A DNA stretch of 29,377 bases from the IMG/VR virus record IMGVR_UViG_3300038988_000159, positions 1-29,377 of that record, one strand, 5' to 3'. The notes under the pieces were generated by a model, which was not told the DNA's origin, did no database searches, and was given only the letters and a program-made list of their open reading frames with translations. This DNA comes from a virus. Its lineage: Duplodnaviria; Caudoviricetes. Shown piece after piece: positions 1 to 7,975 of this stretch. A program made the translations under genes and the position numbers. How positions within the stretch are numbered: the stretch's first letter is position 1; each line of letters begins with the position of its first letter.

Positions 1-53
1 GCGGCCTGCTCCAGGGCCAGTTCGCGCAGGCCCGGGTCGTAGGCCCGGCCCAT
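1..53 (-). pseudogene. Host gene fragment cut by the prophage insertion, possibly purine-nucleoside phosphorylase
   Basis: Minus strand reads MGRAYDPGLRELALEQAA off the window edge. This resembles the 'FPDMS.AYDP.LR.LA' segment of PNP-I enzymes, and the frame begins right at the phage-end junction. Only 18 codons are visible. Confidence 0.4.
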
Positions 54-63
54 GTGATCACGG

Positions 64-132
64 GCAGGATAATTGGAGGGGGTGTGCAGGATAATTGGGA
101 TGAAACGGGACGTGGCGGGATGAGTCGGGACG
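64..132 (+). repeat. Phage left-end direct repeats (putative transposase binding sites)
   Basis: GCAGGATAATTGG at 64-76 and 86-98 (22-bp period); GGGATGAnnCGGGACG at 97-112 and 117-132. They begin ~10 bp inside the TG terminus. Confidence 0.7.
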
Positions 133-172
133 GGCTCGAATGAAACAATATTTCACTATATGAAATAAAAAA

Positions 173-520
173 TCAGCCGAAGAGGGTGTGCTGTTTTGGC
201 ATCCGCTCGGCCCGCATGGCTTTGACGATGCGATAGACCATCTGCACCGAGAGCTTGTATTCCAGGGCAAGCTCGGCCTGGTTGGCGCCGTTGAATCGCC
301 TGTAAATCTGCTCATTGCGCTCGCTGCGCCGACCGGCCATATCCATAGGGATATAGAGGTTCTGCCCGCCCCAGTTCTCGGCGATGCGGAAAGCGATTTC
401 TTTGCCAAAGTCCTGGGCCTTGCGCGGGGTGGCCCCGAGCATATCACGGGCGAGGTCGGCGGCCTGGTCCGCAAGATCCTTGAGCAGCTCGGCCGCGATG
501 TGGCGGGGTGTCTCTTCCAT
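173..520 (-). CDS. mor: Mor/C family transcription activator
   Basis: 'WGGQNLYIP...RNEQIYRRFNGANQAELALEYKLSVQMVYRIVK' is the Mor dimerisation motif plus C-terminal HTH. Confidence 0.93.
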   Translation of the reverse strand: MEETPRHIAAELLKDLADQAADLARDMLGATPRKAQDFGKEIAFRIAENWGGQNLYIPMDMAGRRSERNEQIYRRFNGANQAELALEYKLSVQMVYRIVKAMRAERMPKQHTLFG

Positions 521-522
521 AT

Positions 523-954
523 CTAGATCCGCCCAATCCAGCGCTTGAGGGACTCTATCACGGTCGCGGCCTGGTAGCTGTTGAGCCAGCGCAGGCTCTC
601 CACACCGGTCTGACGTTTAACAAAGGCCGCCAGGGCCTCCTCGCTGGAGTCCTGGATCGCGTCCATCTCATGCAGCTCCAGCCACAGGGACCTGATTTTT
701 CGGCTCTGCGGATCGCTCTCCAGCGCCTTGCCCTTGTGCGATTTGGTCTCCGCGAACCCTGCCGCGCGCAGGTGGTCCAGCACGGCCTCCAGCTGGCCGA
801 TGGTCAGCGCCTTGGAGGACTCCCGGCCGCCGGACTTGGCGCGCAGCAGGCCGCGGTAGGCCTCGTCATCCAGGCCGAGCTTGGACTTGGCCACATGCAC
901 GAGCTGGATGAGCTTGCGCTTGTAGGGTTCGAGGTTGCGGGCCGGAATGGACAT
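523..954 (-). CDS. gemA: Mu gp16/GemA (DUF1018) regulatory protein
   Basis: 'LIQLVHVAKSKLGLDDEAYRGLL...SSKALT', 'KIRSLW', 'LAAFVKRQTGVESLRWL...VIESLKRW'. Confidence 0.9.
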   Translation of the reverse strand: MSIPARNLEPYKRKLIQLVHVAKSKLGLDDEAYRGLLRAKSGGRESSKALTIGQLEAVLDHLRAAGFAETKSHKGKALESDPQSRKIRSLWLELHEMDAIQDSSEEALAAFVKRQTGVESLRWLNSYQAATVIESLKRWIGRI

Positions 955-958
955 AGTC

Positions 959-1147
959 CTACCTGTCCCTCGTGTTGTTCAGCGCCCGCGCGCAGGTGTT
1001 GAGCATGCGCATGGCGTCAAGGGTGGCCAAGGTTTCGATGATGTCCGTGTTGCGCAGGGCCACGAGCACAAACCTCCGCTCCTGGGTGTCATAGACGCAG
1101 GGCGATCCCAGGGAACTGCGGGTTACGGTGTAGCGCTCTGGGGCCAC
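959..1147 (-). CDS. Hypothetical small early protein (62 aa)
   Basis: Fills the gap between neighbours with 4-nt spacers; GTG start. Confidence 0.6.
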   Translation of the reverse strand: MAPERYTVTRSSLGSPCVYDTQERRFVLVALRNTDIIETLATLDAMRMLNTCARALNNTRDR

Positions 1148-1151
1148 GTCA

Positions 1152-1454
1152 TCACCAACCCTTGGACCCGGAGCGCCGGGCCTCGCGTTCGTGGCGTCGC
1201 CTTTCCTGGCCAGGCATCCTGGCCAGGCGCTTGGGCCCGGGCTTGGCCGGATGCGGCCTGCTGGCGCAGACCGTGATGATGGTGCGGTGCTCGATGCTGA
1301 CCAGCACGCGCAGGTTGCAGAGCCGGTAGCAGACCGCGCCGTCCCCGGCCGCTGGTTCGCTGGAGCCGGACAGGAGCACCGCGGCGACCATCGGTGCCGT
1401 GATGTCTCTCTCGCGCATCCGCCGACAGGCGTGGAGGGTCAGGGGCAGGCGCAT
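1152..1454 (-). CDS. DUF4258-like protein (predicted RelE/BrnT-like nuclease fold)
   Basis: 'LTLHACRRMRERDITAPMV..VL..G' and 'LRVLVSIEHRTIITV'. Confidence 0.65.
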   Translation of the reverse strand: MRLPLTLHACRRMRERDITAPMVAAVLLSGSSEPAAGDGAVCYRLCNLRVLVSIEHRTIITVCASRPHPAKPGPKRLARMPGQERRRHEREARRSGSKGW

Positions 1455-1456
1455 GG

Positions 1457-1780
1457 CTAGGCCCTCGCCTGCGGCCTGGCGCAGCGCGGCAGGAAGTGAT
1501 TTTTGAGATGGCCCGTGGTGCGGTTGAGGCAGTTGCGGATGCCCAGCACGTCATGCATGAGGTTGAAATCGTCAGCCCGCAGCAGCTTCTCGAAATCCAG
1601 GGGGCAGGCGTGATTGTGGCAGGCTATCAGGTCCATGACGCGGTCGACCCTGTCACCCAGCGGGATGCCCGCCGTGGCCGCCAGATTTATGGCGCGGTCA
1701 ACAATAGCCTCGGCATGGGCGCGGTCCTCCTGGGACAGGAGCCAGTTGAACTTTTGGAGCCGCTTGATGTCCTTGTCCAT
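1457..1780 (-). CDS. Phage protein, DUF6874-like
   Basis: 'MDLIACHNHACPLDFEKLLRADDFNLMHDVLGIRNCLNRTTGHLKNHFLPR'; SD GGAGG at 1790-1786. Confidence 0.75.
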   Translation of the reverse strand: MDKDIKRLQKFNWLLSQEDRAHAEAIVDRAINLAATAGIPLGDRVDRVMDLIACHNHACPLDFEKLLRADDFNLMHDVLGIRNCLNRTTGHLKNHFLPRCARPQARA

Positions 1781-1791
1781 TTGCTCCTCCT

Positions 1792-1854
1792 GTGGCTGCT
1801 CATCAGGCCCGGCGCGCCACCGCCGGACGACCGGCCCACAAGGGCCGGTTTCGC
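1792..1854 (-). ncRNA. Type II hammerhead ribozyme
   Basis: Minus strand: GC-GAAA-CCGGCCC-UUGU-GGGCCGG-UC^-GUCCGGCG-GUGGCG-CGCCGGGC-CUGAUGA-GC-A-GCCAC. All core nucleotides are present, with a 2-bp stem II and a loop I GUGGC / 3' GCCAC pseudoknot. Predicted cleavage between 1829 and 1828. Confidence 0.93.
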
Positions 1855-1855
1855 G

Positions 1856-2146
1856 CTAGGACAAGGTCTCCTTGAGGGTCTTGCCCACTTTGAGGACCAC
1901 GGCCCGCTTGGCCGGGATCTGCACGACATCGCCCGTGCTGGGATTGCGGCCCTCACGGGCGGCGTGATCCTTGACGGCCAATTTGCCGATGCCGGGCAGG
2001 GGCACCTCGTGGCCCGCCGCCAGCTCGGCCGCGGCCACGCGGCCCAGACAATCCAGGATGTTCTCGATCATGGTCCGGGTCGCCCCGGACCCGAAGACCC
2101 TTTTGGCCTCGTTGTCCACAGCCGCGATCAGTTCTGCCTTGGTCAT
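1856..2146 (-). CDS. HU/IHF family DNA-binding protein
   Basis: 'MTKAELIAAV...LPGIGKLAVKDHAAREGRNPSTGDVVQIPAKRAVVLKVGKTLKE'. Start trimmed to ATG 2146 (SD AAGGAG). Confidence 0.93.
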   Translation of the reverse strand: MTKAELIAAVDNEAKRVFGSGATRTMIENILDCLGRVAAAELAAGHEVPLPGIGKLAVKDHAAREGRNPSTGDVVQIPAKRAVVLKVGKTLKETLS

Positions 2147-2178
2147 GATGCGTCTCCTTGTCTTTCGGCTTGCGCCGG

Positions 2179-2379
2179 TTATCTCGTCCACATGGCGCGG
2201 TAGCCGTCCCAGAAGCGCCGCAGTTCGTCCGGGGCGAACTCCTCCCGCGCCACAGAACAGAAAGTTACAGCAGCAAAGTAGAGGCATCTAACCAGGACGG
2301 CGGCAGGAAACAAAAGCGCGGTGCAGGTCAAGATGATGGACCCCAGAAGCGCCGTGCCGATGTGTTTGAGCATCTTCAT
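2179..2379 (-). CDS. Hypothetical small membrane protein (66 aa)
   Basis: Hydrophobic N-terminal half; GAGAGGG upstream of ATG 2379; operon packing. Confidence 0.55.
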   Translation of the reverse strand: MKMLKHIGTALLGSIILTCTALLFPAAVLVRCLYFAAVTFCSVAREEFAPDELRRFWDGYRAMWTR

Positions 2380-2389
2380 GATTCCCTCT

Positions 2390-2581
2390 CTAGCCCTGCA
2401 GCTCGGCCGCCTGGGCCTGCTCTTCCAGGTTCTTGGCCTCATCCATCATGTCGCGCGGGAGCAGCCTGTCTGCCCGCATCCGCTGGAGGAACTTCCCCAT
2501 CTTTTTGATGAGGGCCTGCTGCTTGAGACAGCGGGCTTCCACCTCTTGCAGGGCCCGCAGCGCGCCGCGATCCTCACCCAT
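2390..2581 (-). CDS. Hypothetical helical protein (63 aa)
   Basis: Overlaps the gam stop by 8 nt; SD GAAGGAG; coiled-coil-like. Confidence 0.65.
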   Translation of the reverse strand: MGEDRGALRALQEVEARCLKQQALIKKMGKFLQRMRADRLLPRDMMDEAKNLEEQAQAAELQG

Positions 2582-3032
2582 GACGCTTCTCCTTCAACTC
2601 GTAGCCCCAGGTCTCCTTGCTCTTCCGCTCCGTGCCGATGGCGGCCAGGCGCTCGTCGGTCCAGCCCGCGACCTTGTCCCAGTTGACCGACTCCGTGACC
2701 TGTATGCCGTCGGTCCAGCCCAGGCGCTTGAGCAGCTCCACGGTGACGACCTTGGCCTTGCGCACCACGCGGGTCACGCCGTGGAGCAGGGCGCCCGGCC
2801 CCAGGTCCACGCGGTCGCGGTCCCCGAAGATCTCGCCCTGGTGCTTTTGGCAGTGCCGCTCCAGCTCACGCTCGAACGCCTCCAGATCGGCCTTGGCCGC
2901 CTGTACGGCCGGGGCGAATTGGGCGCGGACCTTTTCCAGGGCCTCGTTGGCGTCCTGGGTCTTGAGGCGCAGGCTCTCCGTGGCGCTGGCCACGTCGCGC
3001 AGCAAGGCCTCGGCTTTTTGCTTCGCGTCCAT
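2574..3032 (-). CDS. gam: Host-nuclease inhibitor Gam family protein
   Basis: N-terminal coiled coil, then 'LKRLGWTDGIQVTESVNWDKV...LAAIGTERKSKETWGYE'; position in the Mu early operon. Confidence 0.8.
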   Translation of the reverse strand: MDAKQKAEALLRDVASATESLRLKTQDANEALEKVRAQFAPAVQAAKADLEAFERELERHCQKHQGEIFGDRDRVDLGPGALLHGVTRVVRKAKVVTVELLKRLGWTDGIQVTESVNWDKVAGWTDERLAAIGTERKSKETWGYELKEKRHG

Positions 3033-3416
3033 CTAGGCCTCCGCGCTCATGCGCAGGTTGAGCTGCACCTCGTCCAGGATGCGGGGCAGCGTGGACTTGC
3101 GCAGCTTGGATTCCAGGGCCAGCATTTTGAGCGCCCGGGCCCGGACCGTCTTGCAGTAGTCGTTCAGCTCGCTCCCGGCGCTGGCTAGGTAGTAGCCGCC
3201 GCCCTCCACGTCCGCGATGGAGCAGATGGGCGTGCCCTCCTCGCGCAGGTCCGTGATGAGCTTGCGCAGGGGCCGGGTGTTGTTGATCTTGTGCTTGTAC
3301 GGCCTGCCGTAGACCCGCTCGAATAACTCGCCCATGCCGATGGCCCGGCCCCGGCCCACGTGCAGGGTGAGTTCCTTGAGCAGCAGCTCGCGTTTCTTGG
3401 CGTGTTCTTCGTTCAT
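3033..3416 (-). CDS. Winged-helix DNA-binding phage protein
   Basis: 'RPLRKLITDLREEGTPICS...GGGYYLA'; start set at ATG 3416 with SD AAAGGAG. Confidence 0.75.
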   Translation of the reverse strand: MNEEHAKKRELLLKELTLHVGRGRAIGMGELFERVYGRPYKHKINNTRPLRKLITDLREEGTPICSIADVEGGGYYLASAGSELNDYCKTVRARALKMLALESKLRKSTLPRILDEVQLNLRMSAEA

Positions 3417-3436
3417 GTCCGTCTCCTTTCCGGCGG

Positions 3437-4594
3437 TCAGACCTGCCGGATCACGTCGCCGGTGACCTGGGGCACGCCCAGCTCGGCGGCCAAGTTGAGG
3501 GCCGCAGTCATGGTGTTGCCCACGGCCAGGGGGTAGCAAAGGGACCGCGTCTCCCGGACGCGGTTGCGGACCACGGGGCCGGTGAGCCGCGCGCGCAGGG
3601 CCTCCACGCCCTCGTCGGTGATGACGCCCGCCATGTCCTTGACCCCGGCCCGCGTGAGCTTGTGCTCCAGGTAGGCGCGCAGCTCCTCACCCAAGGGCCG
3701 CAACTCCAGGACCTCGCAGCGCTGCACGACCTCGCGCACCTGGTAGTTGCCCTGGGCCAGCTTGTGGCGCAGCTCGGGCTGGCCGATGAGGATGATGGAG
3801 AGCAGGCGCCGGAAACCATCCTCCAGCTCGTAGAATCTTTTCAGATGCTTGAGCGTGGCGATAGGCAACCCGTGGGCCTCCTCAATGACCAGACAGTGAG
3901 CCTGGCCGGTGCGCGACGAGTCACGGAGGACCTTGTGGACCTGCCGGAACCGGGCCTCCGCGCTGGAGGCGCTGGTCTCGCCCGGGGCCACCACGTCCAT
4001 GATTGCCTCGGCGATGTGCAGGCTGCGCAGCCGCTTGCCACGCTCCTCGCTGTCCTCCATGCCGAGCACGTAGGGCTCGATGATCCGCACGTTGGGCGAA
4101 TCCTTGTCCACGCGCTCGATGAGGTCGCGGCGCAGGGTGGACTTGCCGGAGCCGGACTCGCCCACCAGGGCCATGAATCCGCCGCTGCGGGCCACATGGA
4201 ACATGGCCTCGCGGATGTAGCGGATCTCGGCCGTCAGGAACACGTCCTCCGGGCCCTGCAGGTCGGCGTTGAACGGGTCCTGGAACAGCCGGAAATGCTT
4301 CTTGGTCTGGGCCAGCAGCGTCTGCCTGCTCAACAGCATGATCTCCTCCTGGGGTTCGGTATGCTCGTTATCGCCGTCGCTCTCGAACAGATCCTTGAGG
4401 CAGTCCTTGCCGACCTTGCGCTCACGCAGGAACGCCAGGATCTTCTCCTCCAGGTTCTTGCGCTCGGTGCGCAGGGGCCAGTTGTTGTGGAGCACGATCC
4501 TGCAGGCCGTGGGCTCGGACACGCCGATGGCCCTGCCCAACGCGGCCTGGCTGATCCCGTGCTTGGCGAGGCAATCCTTGAGACGGTGCAACAT
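3437..4594 (-). CDS. Transposition ATPase (MuB-equivalent, ExeA-like AAA) with N-terminal XRE HTH
   Basis: HTH 'ISQAALGRAIGVSEPTACRIV', Walker A GESGSGKST, Walker B LVIEEAH, 'IILIGQPEL'; abuts the transposase. Confidence 0.92.
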   Translation of the reverse strand: MLHRLKDCLAKHGISQAALGRAIGVSEPTACRIVLHNNWPLRTERKNLEEKILAFLRERKVGKDCLKDLFESDGDNEHTEPQEEIMLLSRQTLLAQTKKHFRLFQDPFNADLQGPEDVFLTAEIRYIREAMFHVARSGGFMALVGESGSGKSTLRRDLIERVDKDSPNVRIIEPYVLGMEDSEERGKRLRSLHIAEAIMDVVAPGETSASSAEARFRQVHKVLRDSSRTGQAHCLVIEEAHGLPIATLKHLKRFYELEDGFRRLLSIILIGQPELRHKLAQGNYQVREVVQRCEVLELRPLGEELRAYLEHKLTRAGVKDMAGVITDEGVEALRARLTGPVVRNRVRETRSLCYPLAVGNTMTAALNLAAELGVPQVTGDVIRQV

Positions 4595-6343
4595 CTAGAG
4601 CCCTCCTTGTGCGGCCAGACGCAGCGGCACGGCCTTGGCCTGGGCCGGGCCGGTGAGCTGGGCCGCGATGTCGTCCACGGCGTCGGCAGGCACGCCGTCG
4701 GGGTAGCGTTGGGTGAGCCAGGCGTAGGATTCGGCCGTCCAGGCCGCGCCCACGCGGGACTTGATCTGTTGGGCCGCCTCCACGTGGGAGAGCGGCGGGA
4801 TCTCGCGGCGCGAGGCGTCCAGGCCCAGGTCCTGGCCGCGGCGCGGGATGTAGGCCGGGGCTTCGCGCAGGTCGGCCATCACGTCCAGGCCGTAGGGGGC
4901 CTCGCCGCTCTGCCGCCCGGCCACGGCCCCGGCGGCTTCGATTTCCTTGAGATTGCGGTCGGCCACGGTGTCCGGCAAGGCCTTGTGCTCCTGGCCGATG
5001 ACCGGGGAGCCCGCGCGGAACCCTGCCTCGTTGATCTCCACCGGCTCCACGGTCCAGATCGCCTCGTCCCCGCGCTCGTCCGTGGTGATGACGTCGCAGG
5101 CCGGGGCACGGTAGGGGTTGACCACCACAGTGACCTTCATTTTGGGCACCAGGCCCGGCACGTAGCGCAGGTCGTAGGTGTTGCGCCCGTGGCGCTTGGT
5201 GGCGTGGGCGATGGTCATGTCGGGCCGCACAGTGGCTTCCACCGGCTTGGTGGTCACCAGATCGCGGCACAGCTCCATGTCCGGGGCCAGGCGCAGCTGC
5301 TCCTCGGTGATGGAGAGCCAGACCGCGTTGCGGGTCTTGCCGGTGCGGCCGTGCACGGCCCAGGCGTTGTAGTGCATGCGCCATTTGTCCGCAGCCGCCT
5401 GGAGCTGCTCCAGGGTCTCGATCCGCAGATAGGCCAGCCGGCCCTCAAAAAGCGTCTCCACCAGGTTCTGCGCCTGCTCCACCTGGCCCTTGGCGCGGGA
5501 ATTTCCGGGCGTGTGCACCAGGTGCCGGACGCCCAGGCGGTCCAGAAGGTTGAGGAACAGGTGGGAGGTGTTGGCGCTGCCAGCGTCCATGAGCAGATGG
5601 AAGGGCACGCCATTCAAGGGGTCGTCCTGGCCACGCTTCTGAATGGCCTGCAGGAAGGTTTCGGTGAGGTTTTCGCTGGTCTCGCCAGCGGCCTGGACAT
5701 AGCGCAAGTAGAAGGCCCCGGAGTAGTGGTCCGTGACCACGTAGCGCCACACGCGCTCTTTCTCCACCCGGGCCAAGTTGGCGGGCTTGTTCTTGTAGAA
5801 CACGCCCTCGGGCATGACCTGGACGCCCTGCTTGGGCAGGTAGAAGAGCACGCACAGGCTCGCGTCCACCTCCCAGGCGTGATTGGGGTGCAGGCTCTGC
5901 ATGCGCGCGCAGGGCTTGCCCGCGGCCAGCATGGCCGGGTGGCAACCGAAGCGTCGCATGGCCCGCGACAGCGTGGAGGCCGAGGCGGGCAGGATCACCT
6001 CGCCGGTGTCCGGCTGCACCATGCCGCAGCCGTTGTCGCGCAGGATGTCCAAGGTCGTGGTCAGGGGCAGGGTCTTTTTGCCGGTCTGCCTGCGCGCGCC
6101 CTGGACCAGGGCCGCGGCCTGCTTGGCAACCTCCTGGGTGACCAGGCTCCGGCCCCGGTCCGCACGGCGCTTGCGGCCCGAGGAGTAGCCCACCTCGGCG
6201 AGGCGGCGGTACACGGCCTGACGGCTCATGCGCAGGGTCCGGGCCGCGCCGTCCACCAGGGACGGGCGGGCGCCGGGTGGGGCCTGGGCCAGCCGTCCGG
6301 CCAGGGCGCGCAGGAGATCCAGCTCGCCGAGGGCCGCGTTCAT
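4595..6343 (-). CDS. DDE transposase (MuA-equivalent)
   Basis: N-terminal HTH, then 'HPNHAWEVDAS', 'LLMDAGSAN', 'PGNSRAKGQVEQAQNLVE' (D-D-E). ATG 6343 overlaps the upstream TGA (ATGA). Confidence 0.95.
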   Translation of the reverse strand: MNAALGELDLLRALAGRLAQAPPGARPSLVDGAARTLRMSRQAVYRRLAEVGYSSGRKRRADRGRSLVTQEVAKQAAALVQGARRQTGKKTLPLTTTLDILRDNGCGMVQPDTGEVILPASASTLSRAMRRFGCHPAMLAAGKPCARMQSLHPNHAWEVDASLCVLFYLPKQGVQVMPEGVFYKNKPANLARVEKERVWRYVVTDHYSGAFYLRYVQAAGETSENLTETFLQAIQKRGQDDPLNGVPFHLLMDAGSANTSHLFLNLLDRLGVRHLVHTPGNSRAKGQVEQAQNLVETLFEGRLAYLRIETLEQLQAAADKWRMHYNAWAVHGRTGKTRNAVWLSITEEQLRLAPDMELCRDLVTTKPVEATVRPDMTIAHATKRHGRNTYDLRYVPGLVPKMKVTVVVNPYRAPACDVITTDERGDEAIWTVEPVEINEAGFRAGSPVIGQEHKALPDTVADRNLKEIEAAGAVAGRQSGEAPYGLDVMADLREAPAYIPRRGQDLGLDASRREIPPLSHVEAAQQIKSRVGAAWTAESYAWLTQRYPDGVPADAVDDIAAQLTGPAQAKAVPLRLAAQGGL

Positions 6344-7644
6344 GCCTGGGCCTCCGCCACCGGGGAGGCCTTGGCCGTCTCGCGCATCCAGGTGGGCAGC
6401 ACAATCTCGGCCATGTCTGCCTGGATGCCGTTCTCCTGGAGCGCGTACTGGATCTGCTGGCACAGCCACGAGGCCGTGGCGTCCGCGTGCTGCTGGGTGT
6501 AGATGCTCACCTCGGCGCCCTTGATGTCCGCCAGCTGGCGGCAGAACTCGTTCACCGCGGCCTGCACCCCGATGACCGCCTCGGCGAGTTTCATGGCCGC
6601 CTGCTCTTCCTGCTCCAACCGGAGCTTCTGCCGCTTGTTCTCGGGCAGGCTGCGGAGCTTCTCCAGCTTCACGGTCAGGCCGTCCAGCTTCTCGGACTTG
6701 TCCTTGAGCAGCTTGTCCAGGGCGTCCTTGTCGGCCTTGAGTTCGTCGGACTCCTTTTTGGCCGCCTCGCGCTCGGCCGCCCGGGCCGCGGCGAAGTCCT
6801 GGAGGATGTCGAGCACCTGCTCCTTGGACTCGCTGGCCAGGGCCTGCTTGATCACTTCCTGCTCGGCCGCGGGAAGGGCCTTGAGCGCGGCGTAGTCCTT
6901 GGCCCGGAAGCCGACGGATTCGGCCGCCTCGTAGAGGTCGGAACCGAGGGTGTGAAGGTTGCTCACCAGGTCGCGGACGTAGCGGCCGGTCTTGCCCAGG
7001 AAGACCTCACAGAACTCGTCGAAATCGGAAATGTATTTCCGTTTTCCGTCCTGGTCGTTGTAGGGCAACCCCTTGTATTTCTTGCCCTGGCGCACCTGCT
7101 GGGCAAACTGCGCGGCGGAAATATTTCCGATTCTGGCGAAGAACGCCGAGGCCTCGATCCGCCCCAGGGCCTTGAAGACGTCGGCCGAATCCATGATGGC
7201 CTGATCCATGAGCGCGGCCGTGCCCTGCATCTGGGTCAGCTCGGCCCCGCGCTCTTCCGTGATCTCGGGAACGGCCGGTGCCTCCGGCTCGGCAGGCTCT
7301 GTCTGCACGGCCTTGGCCTTGCCCTTGCCGCGCTTGGGGTCCCAGGGCAGGCGCACACTGGACACGTCAGGGCCGAGCCAGCTCACCATCGTGTGTCGCG
7401 TGTGCAGGGCGGATTCGCCCGGCTCGGCCCAGCCAGCTGCCGCACACGCGATGCTGGCCAGGGCCTCGTCCGTGAGTTCGCGCCCTGCGGCCTCGGCCAG
7501 TTCCAGGGCGATCTTCACGGAGGAGTAGCCTCGATTCAGGAGTTCTCCTCGCACGTCCTCGTCCGGGCCGGCCGTGTTCCCCAGGGCCTCCTGGAACGCG
7601 CCGCATTCGAGTATGGACTGCGCCCTCTCGATGTCGACTTTCAT
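6340..7644 (-). CDS. Conserved Mu-like phage protein upstream of the transposase (DUF3102-like, coiled-coil C-terminus)
   Basis: 'FDEFCEVFLGKTGRYVRDLVSNLHTLG' plus a long coiled coil; ATG 7644 with SD AAGGGAG. Confidence 0.75.
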   Translation of the reverse strand: MKVDIERAQSILECGAFQEALGNTAGPDEDVRGELLNRGYSSVKIALELAEAAGRELTDEALASIACAAAGWAEPGESALHTRHTMVSWLGPDVSSVRLPWDPKRGKGKAKAVQTEPAEPEAPAVPEITEERGAELTQMQGTAALMDQAIMDSADVFKALGRIEASAFFARIGNISAAQFAQQVRQGKKYKGLPYNDQDGKRKYISDFDEFCEVFLGKTGRYVRDLVSNLHTLGSDLYEAAESVGFRAKDYAALKALPAAEQEVIKQALASESKEQVLDILQDFAAARAAEREAAKKESDELKADKDALDKLLKDKSEKLDGLTVKLEKLRSLPENKRQKLRLEQEEQAAMKLAEAVIGVQAAVNEFCRQLADIKGAEVSIYTQQHADATASWLCQQIQYALQENGIQADMAEIVLPTWMRETAKASPVAEAQA

Positions 7645-7663
7645 TGGGTCTCCCTTCCTGTTT

Positions 7664-7975
7664 TCAGTCCATCGCCCCGGCGGCGATGCGGCTGGTGGTT
7701 TCGCGGATGCGGGCCAGGGTGCCGTCCACATGCTCGGCATGGGCCTGGGCGATCTGGAGCAGGGCCACGGAGTGGGCCCAGCGTCCCGTGGGCAGCTGGG
7801 CCACAAAGCCCTCCTCGGCCAGCACGGCCAGGGCCCGGGTGATGTTGACGGCGCTCTCGCCCAGGCCCCGGGCCAGCTCCTTGTTGGAGAGCCCGTCCAG
7901 GCTGTGGCCCTTGAGGGCCTTGAGCACGCGCAGCGCGAGGATGGCCGAGGAACCCGATCCCTTGCGTCTGGTCAC
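7664..7975 (-). CDS. IclR-like HTH DNA-binding protein
   Basis: 'ALRVLKALKGHSLDGLSNKELARGLGESAVNITRALAVLAEEGFV'; GTG 7975 with SD AGGAGGT. Confidence 0.85.
   Translation of the reverse strand: MTRRKGSGSSAILALRVLKALKGHSLDGLSNKELARGLGESAVNITRALAVLAEEGFVAQLPTGRWAHSVALLQIAQAHAEHVDGTLARIRETTSRIAAGAMD

Noticed and set aside
64-132. CRISPR-like repeats
   Set aside because: Only two copies of each short repeat, 4-9 nt apart, no cas genes; position fits transposon end sites.
3662-6502. 946-aa plus-strand ORF, and other long opposite-strand ORFs (13602-16109, 21473-23626, 24025-26598)
   Set aside because: Antisense shadows of real high-GC genes; no SD, no motifs, and full overlap with well-supported CDSs.
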